A stretch of 64,000 nt of DNA from Dehalococcoidia bacterium (GCA_965221045.1 CBDCRO010000003.1:96016-160015), one strand, 5' to 3'; shown: positions 27,801 to 35,025, numbered from the stretch's first letter. Notes: generated from the sequence alone by a model not told the origin. Program-made: numbers and translations.

Positions 27801-29589
27801 TCTCAGTGGTGCTGTCGTCTTCTGCCGCTACTTCCACCGTAATGACATTGCTGCCCACGGCAAGCGAGACTATACCATCTGCATCGGTCTCTCCACCAAG
27901 CTTGATGACGTAGCTCGCCCCGTCGTCGTTGACGGTTGGCGTGACGGTCGTCTCAGACACGCTGTTTGCAACACTAGCCGCGTAAGATGTGGTATCGGAC
28001 GCGAAAGTGCCGAAGTCTATTCCACTCAATGTGAGCGCGCTCAGCGTTGCGTCCGAGGAGGTCTGTTGAAGGGCAACCAGGCGTGTGACGGTTACGGTGT
28101 ATGTCCGAGTCGTGGAGTCGTCCTCGGCTGTGACCTCAACAGTGATGACATTACTGCCCGCTGCTAAGGAGATGACGCCATCGGCGTCAGTCACTCCACC
28201 AAGCTTGATAACGTAGCTCGCGCCGGAGTGGTTAACAGTGGGCGTAACGGTCGTTTCCGTCACACTATTGGCAACCTCTGCGGTGTATGAAGTAGTGCCG
28301 GACGCGAATGTACCGAAGTCTATTCCGCTCAGTGTCAGACTCTTGAGTGTGGCGTCCGTCGAGGCGGCGCGCGTGATGGTTAAGGTGTATGTCTGCGTAG
28401 TGCTGTCGTCCTCAGCCGTCACCTCTACGGTGATAACGTTGCTGCCCACGCTCAGAGGGATCAGTCCGTCAGAATCTGCAACGCCGCCGAACTTGATGAC
28501 ATAGCTCGCCTCGGAATGGTTCACGGTCGGGCTGACGGTCGTCTCCGACACGCTGTTGGCGACTTGGGCAGTGTATGAGGTTGTGCCCGCTGTGAAGGTG
28601 CCGAAGTCAATGCCGCTGAGGGTGAGGTCGCTCAGGGTGGCGTCTGTGGATAGAGGCGTGGGCGAAGGTATTTGGATACTCACAACCTCGGAGTCATAGG
28701 AAGTATAGAAGCCTGTCACAGCCCTGACTCTATATTCATAGGTACGACCCGACGATGACCCGACATTCGTGTCGGTATAGGTGGTGTGGCTCTTATCCAC
28801 CACATAATTCTGAGTAGCGGCAACAGAGCCTTTGTAACGCCAATCGCGTATGACTTCATAACGCCAAAGATTACCTTCGGGGGCATCCCAACTCAGAACT
28901 ACTTTGCTCCCGTCCGACGCTAATGACGCCGTCAGATTTGTTGGGGCTGCGGTCGCTGGATTTTCGGCAGTTGAATCTACGATAACGGTTATGGCCTCCT
29001 CTACGATGGTTTCGTTTGCCGCGTTTCTAAGCGTAAGCACATACTCATAGTTCGTATCAACCTGAAGCCAGTGGTTGGAGCTTACAATTTGTGTGGCGCC
29101 AAAAGTGGCTACCCCCGTCAGTGGAGGGTCGAACTCATCACCGTTGGGTTCGTACATTTGCACAACGTAATTGGTAATCCCATAACCATCTGGAGTATCC
29201 CAATTCAAAGAAACCTGAACAAAGATGGGGCGCCCCACGGTTTGCGGCCAGGGGCTATGAAACCATATCCCTCTCAACTTAGCGCTGGGCATGTCTCCGG
29301 GCGTGGCAGTAGCCGTTGGCGTGGGCGTTGCCTGCTGCGCGAAGGCGGAGGTTCCGCTGAAGAGCAGGGCGAACACTATTATCGCGGCGGCAATGGCGAA
29401 GGGGGAGATTCTGAACAGCGGTATTATCAATGGACTGATGCGATGTAACATTCGGGACTCCCGATCTTCGGGTAAAAGCGCGGAGTGAGCAAGTCGCTGC
29501 GCCAGTACTATTATAAGCATAAGCCCAATGACCGCAACGACCGAGATTAGCGCCAATACGCTTTCCATACAAGAACCCCCTCGTGGCAA
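21865..29589 (-). CDS. giant secreted surface protein (2574 aa): FN3-like + 15 cadherin-like beta-sandwich repeats + 3 C-terminal PPC-type modules
   Basis: There are 15 units of ~95 aa ending in ITVEVTAED..T.TYTVTVTR, each beginning STDATL..LTLSGIDFG.F...TTSYTA. FN3-like modules are interspersed (GITGYV..RY.HDG). The three C-terminal modules read C.Q.IE.DATIEA.W.D.CLSEN...FARYYTFTLDEAAE..I.L.S.EDTYLYVL. A hydrophobic N-terminus ends in SAFA-QQ; the start could be downstream (M at 29451). Confidence 0.9.
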   Translation of the reverse strand: MPRGGSCMESVLALISVVAVIGLMLIIVLAQRLAHSALLPEDRESRMLHRISPLIIPLFRISPFAIAAAIIVFALLFSGTSAFAQQATPTPTATATPGDMPSAKLRGIWFHSPWPQTVGRPIFVQVSLNWDTPDGYGITNYVVQMYEPNGDEFDPPLTGVATFGATQIVSSNHWLQVDTNYEYVLTLRNAANETIVEEAITVIVDSTAENPATAAPTNLTASLASDGSKVVLSWDAPEGNLWRYEVIRDWRYKGSVAATQNYVVDKSHTTYTDTNVGSSSGRTYEYRVRAVTGFYTSYDSEVVSIQIPSPTPLSTDATLSDLTLSGIDFGTFTAGTTSYTAQVANSVSETTVSPTVNHSEASYVIKFGGVADSDGLIPLSVGSNVITVEVTAEDDSTTQTYTLTITRAASTDATLKSLTLSGIDFGTFASGTTSYTAEVANSVTETTVTPTVNHSGASYVIKLGGVTDADGVISLAAGSNVITVEVTAEDDSTTRTYTVTVTRLVALQQTSSDATLSALTLSGIDFGTFASDTTSYAASVANSVSETTVTPTVNDDGASYVIKLGGETDADGIVSLAVGSNVITVEVAAEDDSTTETYTVTVTRAAPSTDATLEWLALSGIDIGNGLGHRRYPQTQTSFTASVYNSVAQTTVTAMANQSGASYVVKLGGVTDSDGVISLAVGSNVITVEVTAEDGQTTRTYTATVTRAAASAPTTGELSTDDPRVNFRTTSYTHTYVALTFSMPRNRGITGTVTQRYKHDGDNFVSAGEDGRYENTSDDDLGGLNLSWTYTEPEPDTLYKWVAKMLNSQSATVIETSLTVRTPPEPGTTTLSSDATLSDLTLSDVDFEATDRTFVGSGFHSTVTSYVGTVANSVSQTTVTPTVNDDGASYVIKLGGVTDPDGTVSLSGGSNVITVEVTAEDLVTTRTYTVTVTRSAPPSTDATLSALTLSGVNFGTFASGTTSYTAQVANIVSQTTVTPMVNHSGASYVIKLGGVEDADGTVSLAVGSNVIAVEVTAEDNETTKTYTVTVTRAAPPSTDATLKSLTLSGIDFGKFLGGTTSYSAQVTNSVSQTTVTAITNGSEASYVIKLGGVIDADGTVSLAVGSNVITVEVTAEDTTTTKTYTVTVTRAEPPSTDATLKGLTLSGIDFGSFDSTTTSYSAQVANSVSQTTVTPTVNHSAASYVIKLGGVTDADGVIALSVGSNVITVEVTAEDGSTTKTYTVTVTRAEPPSTDATLSALTLSGIDFGTFSSDTTSYTASVANSVSQTTVTPTVNDSGASYVIRLGGVIDADGTVSLVVGSNVITVEVTAEDDKTTQTYTVTLTRGEPFTPEQQSDDASLSALTLSGINFGPFDSTTTSYTAQVGNSVSQTTVTPTANHSGASYAIKLGGVTDADGKVSLAVGSNVITVEVTAEDGETTRTYTVTVTRAAPPSTDATLSALSLSSVNFGAFTTTTTSYTAQVANSVAQTTVTPTPNHSGASYVIRLGGVMDADGVIVLSVGSNVITVEVTAEDESTTETYTVTVTRAAPLSTDATLRALTLTGVNFGTFDSTTTSYTAQVTNSVSQTTVSPTPSDSGASYVIKLGGVTDADGVISLAVGSNVITVEVTAQNGTTKRTYTVAVTRASQDETPPRSPDPVTGELPTDDPEVNFRVSSYTHDSVDLAWSVPQNRGITKYVVQRHEHDGSGFVSSGSGVGARFEGNANEGGGHALLISDLEPDTLYQNVLMLKDDGGATIIESSSSIRTLSTDCTLSALSLSGIDFGTFDPATTSYTTEVGTDVSQTAVSPTASHSGASYTIELDGVAVTNGEVTLEVGENIITVEVTAEDGETKLTYTVTVTRMAPSLLAGELPTDDPPVNFRITSFGEDEVGLAWEIPSNRGITGYVLERYDHDGTEFAVSDWTVSGDASGGSSYSHSNTGLSADSRYRFDLSLKSDTGTVIIEMSLEVHTRATGTTELSADATLSALSLSGVELDTDFSSSTYRYTGSVTNDVTQTTVTATLNDAAASYVVTLGGTVDDDGVIDLAPGRNVITVRVTAEDGATTRIYTAVVTRAKTADALSSDATLRSLSLSGLDFGAFETDTTSYTAEVANEVTQTTVTPVRNDLEATHVIKLDGVEDEDGVIDLAVGENVITVEVTAEDDPTTSTYTVTVTRGEAPAPEPADTCVQSIEADATIEATWNDSCLSENRPDVDDVSVNQDYFARYYTFTLDEAAEVTITLESAEDTYLYVLEGSGRGGAIEYENDDIDREGRNFNSRIQETLEAKTYTIEVTTYSPEKAGDFTLTIEGVGQADQPTLEPEPDPLPEPEADSCVQAIEDDATIEANWDDFCLSENEAPGGAGDRFARFYTFTLDEAAEIVISLSSTEDTYLYVLNGHGESGNTLREHDDIVLGSNTNSQLIVTLQPGDYTIEATTYKPGTAGDFTLTIEGLGQAEQPAPEPEPEADTCVQSIEADATIEATWDDSCLSENRPDVDDVSVNQDYFARYYTFTLDEAAEVTITLESAEDTYLYVLEGSGRGGVIEYENDDIDREGRNFNSRIQETLEAETYTIEVTTYSPEKAGDFTLTIVGMGPAQ

Positions 29590-29811
29590 GGATGTTGGCT
29601 ACCCTAGCTCTGTGCTCGGTTGGTGAGGTGCAGCTGATAACCAACATGTCCCCACACGTGTCTGCCGAGGCCGGCGTTAGGGCCACCGCGTTGCCCGCCG
29701 CCGAAGCACCATTAATCGCGCAGGATTTCCCGCCCACCGGGACAGTTTCCGTGTTGGATGTCAAGCTTATCTGAAGGTTTAGGAAGTAGTTTGCATCTGG
29801 TGCTGATCCAT

Positions 29812-30732
29812 TCAGGGAGTTCCTCGACGGGCCACAGCATTCAGTTGCAGCAGGAGTTTGCGTGCCACTGCCACCATTACCACTTTACCTAGTTTGCCAT
29901 GTTCCCGGAGTCGCTTGTAGAAGCGGCGTAGGTCGCCATCGACACGAATCCCTGACCACGCGCAAATATACAACGCCCGTCGCACCGCGCCACGTCCACC
30001 TCGTATGGACCGATTACCTCGCTTCTTCCCGCTGTCCCGCGACCACGGGGCCAGACCCACCAGGGAGGTCAACGCCTTCTCGTCCCGGTGCCCCAGTTCT
30101 GGCTGCCTGGCTGCCAGAACAGCAGCCGTCAACTGTCCCACACCCGGCACGCTGCGGTACAACTCGGCCCGTCCGCACAGGTCAGGGCTGCGCCGCAGTG
30201 CCTCTTGGTACTCCTCATCTAGTTGCTCTATCTCCTTATCCAGCCAGCGAAAATGACGCCTTGTTGACTTCCCGACGCTCGCAGAGATGCCCTTGTCCAG
30301 GCGGTTACGCTCCTGTACACGCTGCTCGACCAGTTGCCGCCGCCGACTGAGCAACTGCCGCAATTCCTCACGGTCTGAATCCGCCTCCGGTTGCGGCGTG
30401 TCCGGTTCAGAGAACACCACACCGTAGCGTGAGAGCACCTGGGCGTCCAAGGCGTCGGTCTTAGCCTCGTAACCACAGGCCCGGGCGAAGGCGCGTACCC
30501 GAAGCGGATGCGCCACGTGCACAGTGAACGCCATCTCCCTCAACTTGCTCACCAGCAGCCGTTCATATCCTCCTGTGGATTCGCACACCGCCTTCGTCAC
30601 ACCCTGCCCCTCCATTTGCCTGAGCAGGTCTTCGATTCCCTTGCAGCTGTTATCGAAACGACTTACTTCGCCTTCCGATACAGATACATCCAGAGTTGCC
30701 TTCGACACGTCAACACCGGCTACGACTGCCAT
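29812..30732 (-). CDS. IS110-family transposase (type 2)
   Basis: SD AAGGAGGA. VAGVDVSKATLDV, STGGYERL and LVGLAPWSRDSGKKRGNRSIRGGRGAVRRALY. Confidence 0.9.
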   Translation of the reverse strand: MAVVAGVDVSKATLDVSVSEGEVSRFDNSCKGIEDLLRQMEGQGVTKAVCESTGGYERLLVSKLREMAFTVHVAHPLRVRAFARACGYEAKTDALDAQVLSRYGVVFSEPDTPQPEADSDREELRQLLSRRRQLVEQRVQERNRLDKGISASVGKSTRRHFRWLDKEIEQLDEEYQEALRRSPDLCGRAELYRSVPGVGQLTAAVLAARQPELGHRDEKALTSLVGLAPWSRDSGKKRGNRSIRGGRGAVRRALYICAWSGIRVDGDLRRFYKRLREHGKLGKVVMVAVARKLLLQLNAVARRGTP

Positions 30733-30958
30733 ATTCTATCCTCCTTATTTATCTATGATGCCTCTGCCCTCCACACTTGCAGATGCGGGTCTAGCGCCCT
30801 TGTATCCGTTCGGAGCGACAGGTGCGGCGATAGGGGTGTCATACTCCAGTACGGTGCAGCCTAGGATTGCCGCCTGGCTCACCCAGTTCGACACGACGCG
30901 CCCCTCTCCCCTGAACCTCCAGACTGACACATCTGAAGCTCTTTGACAACATACAAGT
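30733..30958 (-). ncRNA. candidate bridge-RNA-like leader of IS110 type-2 copy b
   Basis: It has the same conserved blocks as copies a, c and d, with different variable blocks. Confidence 0.5.
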
Positions 30959-31515
30959 AATTGTCGTTGACCAACATATGCGAGGCACGACTACACTGCA
31001 CTGGCCGACGCGGTCGACTTCGGCAGTCACGAAGCAGTGCTGGACGCCGGCGGGGGAACGGGGAGTTGGCGTACGCGCTGCTGCGAAGGTACTCCGACCT
31101 CACGGCGACCGTGATGGACAGGCCTGAGGTAGTGCGCGACGCTGTCGCGCCCGACGACATCGGGGCAAGGTGTGAGTTCGTCGTGGGTGATCTGCTCGGG
31201 GAATGGCCTCTGGTCACCGATGCGGCGATTCTGGCCAGGGTGCTTCACGACTGGTCCGACGAAGAGGCAATTCGGATACTGACTGGAGCTCGCGCGGCGA
31301 TGGACACGGGCGGGACTCTGTATGTCGTCGAGATGGTGCTGGACGGAGCCAGCGGCTCAGGCGGCCTGCTTGACCTGAACATGCTGGCTATGACGGGTGG
31401 AACGGAGCGCACCGCGACTCAGTATTCGGAGCTGCTGAGAGCGGCGGGCTTCGAGATGAAGAAAGTCGTGCCGACGGGCGCAGTCAGCTCAGTAATCAGG
31501 GCGGTTGCGGTGTGA
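30959..31515 (+). pseudogene. class I SAM-dependent O-methyltransferase (family 2-like), 5'-truncated at the IS junction and frameshifted
   Basis: One frame reads DFGSHEAVLDAGGGTG and another reads ELAYALLRRYSDLTATVMDRPEVV...LHDWSDEEAIRIL...GGTERTATQYSELLRAAGF, so there is a 1-nt frame break near 31060-31070. The gene begins abruptly at the IS copy b left end. Confidence 0.65.
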
Positions 31516-31518
31516 GGG

Positions 31519-32487
31519 TCACTGTGTGAGGTCTCTGACCCAAACTGCTGTTTTGTCTATGGCCTCCTCGGCGAAGACCTTAGGGCAATAGCCGAGCGTG
31601 TCCCGGGCCTTTTGAATGGTGAAAGCCTCTCTCTGCCCCTGCTCATCGGGTCTGTATCCCTCGAATATGACCGGCACGAAGATTCCCGCCGCATCCCGGC
31701 AGGTAAGCGCTAGCTCCGATGCTTTTCTCTCAACGCCGGAACCGACAAAGAACTTCTGACCCACTACCTTGTCCTCCGGTGCCCTGACTGCCAGCATCCA
31801 GGCCTGGACGACATCTTCGATGAAGGAGACATCTCGTGTCTGCTCGCCACCTTCCACAACGATCGGCTCTCCGTTGAGCGCGTTCCACAGCCACTTGAAG
31901 ATGAAGACCTCGCGGCGCATATGGGGGCCGATCACCACACCTGTCGCCATAACGACGATCGGGACGCCGTATGCCCTGTACCACGCCCACATTGCAAGCT
32001 CGGCTGCCGCTTTTGAAAATCCGTACGGGTTATGCGGAGTCAGAGGATGTTCCTCGTCTATCGGCAGGTAGAGCGGCCTGCCAATCTCGTTGCCGGAGCC
32101 GGCGAAAATGACCTTGGACGCGCAGTCCGCACGGCGAAGAGCCTCGAGGAGCGCAACGGTGCCGTCCACGTTCTGGCTAATAGTGTAGCGGGGAGAATCG
32201 AAAGCGAAGGGAGTGTCCGGCTGCGCCGCCATATGCACCACGACGGAGTGTCCGGCCACATCTGAGGGCTGGATGTCCTGAACGCTCTTCCAGAGGTATC
32301 GGAAATTTGGCTTGCCAATTTCGTTGCGTAGCAGCAGGGCATGGGAAGGAGGCACGATGTCCAGAGCCGTGACTTGGTAGCCATCTTGCAGAAGCGCACT
32401 TGCAAGATGTGAGCCCCCAAAGCCTGCCGCTCCTGTAATCAGCACAGTGCCTTTCGAATCGTCGCTGGCCAAAATGCGTCTCTCCAA
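31519..32487 (-). CDS. NAD-dependent epimerase/dehydratase (extended SDR)
   Basis: Rossmann motif TGAAGFGGSHL, catalytic YGFSKAAAE (YxxxK), 322 aa. Confidence 0.9.
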   Translation of the reverse strand: MERRILASDDSKGTVLITGAAGFGGSHLASALLQDGYQVTALDIVPPSHALLLRNEIGKPNFRYLWKSVQDIQPSDVAGHSVVVHMAAQPDTPFAFDSPRYTISQNVDGTVALLEALRRADCASKVIFAGSGNEIGRPLYLPIDEEHPLTPHNPYGFSKAAAELAMWAWYRAYGVPIVVMATGVVIGPHMRREVFIFKWLWNALNGEPIVVEGGEQTRDVSFIEDVVQAWMLAVRAPEDKVVGQKFFVGSGVERKASELALTCRDAAGIFVPVIFEGYRPDEQGQREAFTIQKARDTLGYCPKVFAEEAIDKTAVWVRDLTQ

Positions 32488-32619
32488 CTCTCAGATAGCG
32501 CGAATATTGTACCACCTGTCCGACTGCCAGAAGTACGGACAATTGCAGGCTCGCACCCGGATCCTCTCGCACTTCGGACTTTCGGCGTAATTAATCTGCC
32601 GCACATCCGAGGGAATTCA

Positions 32620-32668
32620 CCGACAAAAGTTCCTTGATGAACGTTGAGTAATCAGGAACTTTTATCGG
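32620..32668. repeat. left-end hairpin of the IS607-like element
   Basis: CCGACAAAAGTTCCT (32620-32634) pairs with AGGAACTTTTATCGG (32654-32668) at 14/15 bp, with a 19-nt loop. Confidence 0.7.
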
Positions 32669-33000
32669 CATCAATGGATCGCTTCACGGACTTCTTCGAC
32701 ATCGCCATCCACGCCTGATGCGGCGAAAATCCCACTGCCGTTGTTCAACCTTCTTGCGAACTCCTTTGCTTACGCCGCTTGACTGTCCACTCCTCCATCC
32801 CTCTCCCCTGCTGCTAATGCATAAAGTTGATGTTACAAACGTTACACATACGGATATACGGAAATTTGCTAGAATGACTCTATAAGGACAGTTCGCAGGA
32901 CATTCGAATTCAGAGCATCTTCCAGAGATGCGGGATTCGAACGGTGAAATCCTGCGCCAGTAATAGTTGAAGAAATTGAGTGTCATTATAGAAAGTAGCT

Positions 33001-33586
33001 ATGAGGCACGTTCCTTCCATAGAAACAAGCCGAATAGTCAAGGTGCATAGCAGCACGCAGAAAGTGGTTGCGTGAAGGTCGTATTGACTACATCAGGACC
33101 GAAGGCAATCAGGGCAGATATAACGTCGCCTCCTACATCGGACTCTCCGGACCGGTGCAGACCGTCTGCTGCTGCCGCGTCACCAGCAAGAAGCAGTCGG
33201 CATACCTCGACAGGCAGGTCGCCTTCTTGCGCGAGCGATATTCTGACGCCGAGATCGTCAGGGACATCGGCTCCGGGCTCAACTACAGGCGCAAAGGTCT
33301 ACTTGCCATACTGGAGCGACTTCACCAGGGAGATAAGCTCCGGGTTGTGGTCGCCTACCGAGACCGTCTTGCGAGGTTTGGAACCGAACTCATCGAGACG
33401 CTGCTCGAGCGCAACGGCGGGGAGCTCGTGGTTCTCAATCAGCGAGACCTCAGCTCCGAAGAGGAGCTCACGACTGACCTTCTCGCCATCCTCACGGTCT
33501 TTGGAGCCCGCGTCAACGGACTCCGTCGCTACCGTAAGGAAATCAAGGAAGATATGGCTCTACCCGAACGCTGGCCAGAGGGCTGA
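33001..33586 (+). pseudogene. IS607-type serine recombinase (TnpA), frameshifted in the N-terminal MerR-like HTH
   Basis: The frame from ATG 33001 gives MRHVPSIETSRIVKVHSSTQKVVA* (first half of the HTH). The next frame continues RRKWLREGRIDYIRTEGNQGRY...CCCRVTSKKQSAYLDRQVAFL...VVAYRDRLARFG. The motif reads RVTS where RVSS is expected. Confidence 0.6.
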
Positions 33587-34766
33587 ACTACGCCGTTGGT
33601 TCGGGGCTGCCAGGTACGCCTATAACCAGACCATCGAACTACTTACGGGTGAGAACGCCCCGAAAGCCGTCAAACGTGAAGTGAGGAATCACATCCTGCC
33701 AACACTGCCGCCGTGGCACAGGAGCGCGCCACGTGAGGTGCTGGTGGGCGCCATCTTCGATGCCTGTCGCGCAGTCAGTGCTGTGAAGAAGCGCAATGCC
33801 GAGCTCGCCAGAGACAAGAGCAAGGGCGGTCGGCAGGACGAGGACTTCGCCCACGTGCGCTTCCGTTCACGCAAGAACCCAAAGCAGACCTTCACGGTGC
33901 AGGCCAACTGCGTATCTGACCTGGGTATCTACCGGAGCAAGATCGGCGACCTGATGATGGCAGAGAGGCTGCCCGTTCCGGAGAACCGTAACATCTGCCG
34001 TCTTTCGATGAGATACGGCCAGTACCACATGAGCGTGACCTACGACGAGAAGCTGCCGCCCGAGCACGAGAACCAAGCGCGGGTGGTGGCTCTCAATCCG
34101 GGGGTGCGTTCATTTCTGACCTGGTACTCTGCCGACTCAGTTGGGAAGATAGGCGAGGGAGCGTTTTTCAGGATACAGAGGCTCTGCGAGAGGCTGGACG
34201 ACCTGCTGAGCCGTGCGGCGAAGTCACCATCGAGAAAGCGCCGGAACATGCGCTATGCGGCCAACCGGATGCGGCTCAGGATAGAGAACCTGGTGCAGGA
34301 ACTTCACAGGCAGGCAGCGCGCTTTCTGGTGAACAACTTCGATGCTATATTGCTGCCGACTTTCGAGACATCGGAGATGGTGGAGCGCGGCAGGCGCAGG
34401 ATAAGGTCCAAAACAGTGCGCAACCTGCTGAGCCTGGCGCATTACAGATTCAAGCTCTTCGCCAGGCACAAGGCTGCTGAGACCGGTGCGATAGTGCTGG
34501 ACGTGAATGAAGCCTACACGACCAAGACAGTATCCTGGACCGGAGAGGTGCTGGAGAACCTTGGTGGCGCATCCGTGGTCGTCGCTCAGGACGACGAGCG
34601 GATGGACCGTGACTACAATGGAGCGCGTAAGATATACCTGCGTGCGCTGGGAAATATCCCCGCTCTGAGGGCATTGCTTTCAGAGTGCGCCGCGAGCGCG
34701 AACGACTCGTGTCTCAGCGGAAATATGAGCAAGACTGCAGAGTCAGTCATGCTCGGAAGTTCCTAG
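33501..34766 (+). CDS. TnpB-like (IS607/Fanzor-like RuvC) protein with non-canonical catalytic and zinc-finger positions; start uncertain
   Basis: WLYPNAGQRAELRRWFGAARYAYNQ (typical TnpB N-terminus). VVALNPGVRSFLTWY (RuvC-I with N for D). ILLPTFETSEMV (RuvC-II). VNEAYTTKTVSWTGEV and DRDYNGARKIYLRAL (RuvC-III retained, CxxC pairs absent). No ATG or GTG lies near the expected start; TTG 33501 is the nearest in-frame candidate. Confidence 0.65.
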   Translation: MEPASTDSVATVRKSRKIWLYPNAGQRAELRRWFGAARYAYNQTIELLTGENAPKAVKREVRNHILPTLPPWHRSAPREVLVGAIFDACRAVSAVKKRNAELARDKSKGGRQDEDFAHVRFRSRKNPKQTFTVQANCVSDLGIYRSKIGDLMMAERLPVPENRNICRLSMRYGQYHMSVTYDEKLPPEHENQARVVALNPGVRSFLTWYSADSVGKIGEGAFFRIQRLCERLDDLLSRAAKSPSRKRRNMRYAANRMRLRIENLVQELHRQAARFLVNNFDAILLPTFETSEMVERGRRRIRSKTVRNLLSLAHYRFKLFARHKAAETGAIVLDVNEAYTTKTVSWTGEVLENLGGASVVVAQDDERMDRDYNGARKIYLRALGNIPALRALLSECAASANDSCLSGNMSKTAESVMLGSS

Positions 34767-34799
34767 ATTGCTCAACGTTCATCAAGGAACTTTTGTCGG
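34754..34799. repeat. right-end hairpin of the IS607-like element (contains the tnpB stop codon)
   Basis: CGGAAGTTCCT (34754-34764) pairs with AGGAACTTTTG (34785-34795): 9 Watson-Crick pairs plus 2 G-T. TAG is at 34764-34766. Confidence 0.55.
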
Positions 34800-35025
34800 G
34801 CATGTAATGGAGTGCGTTGCAAGTAGTTGCACTGACTGTGGAAGTAGCGGGTCAGGGGCACGTGTTTCAGACAGCATCTTGGGTACAAACGAAAGGCGTC
34901 TTCACGGACAAGCAGAGCGTTGGCACGGTTGTGCCCAGACTGGAAAGTGCTGATGATGCTCCCCTTAAATGAAGGGATATTTGTGGAGAGCTCCCGGATT
35001 CTACCAGTGCCAGTGGAGATGTGAT

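Larger units (their letters stand above)
29744..30958 (-). mobile_element. IS110-family element, type 2, copy b (1215 bp)
   Basis: It has the same ends as copy a (ACTTGTATGTTG ... CTTGACATCCAACACGGAAACT), with ACT at both junctions. Confidence 0.85.
32620..34799 (+). mobile_element. IS607-like element (serine recombinase + TnpB-like) bounded by 34-bp near-perfect inverted repeats
   Basis: CCGACAAAAGTTCCTTGATGAACGTTGAGTAATC (32620-32653) matches the reverse complement of 34766-34799 at 33/34. It encloses tnpA-like and tnpB-like ORFs. Confidence 0.65.

Noticed and set aside
33072-33500. N-terminal 140+ codons of the 564-aa track ORF (33072-34766).
   Set aside because: This part overlaps the serine recombinase gene in another frame and translates to low-complexity Ser/Pro/Arg-rich sequence. 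TnpB-like similarity begins only near 33540.
34800-34820. Possible omega-RNA guide (sequence right after the IS607-like right end, GCATGTAATGGAGTGCGTTG) matching 4047-4064 (GTAATGGAGGTGCTTGG).
   Set aside because: Only 9 contiguous nt are identical and the rest needs an indel, which is compatible with chance in 64 kb.
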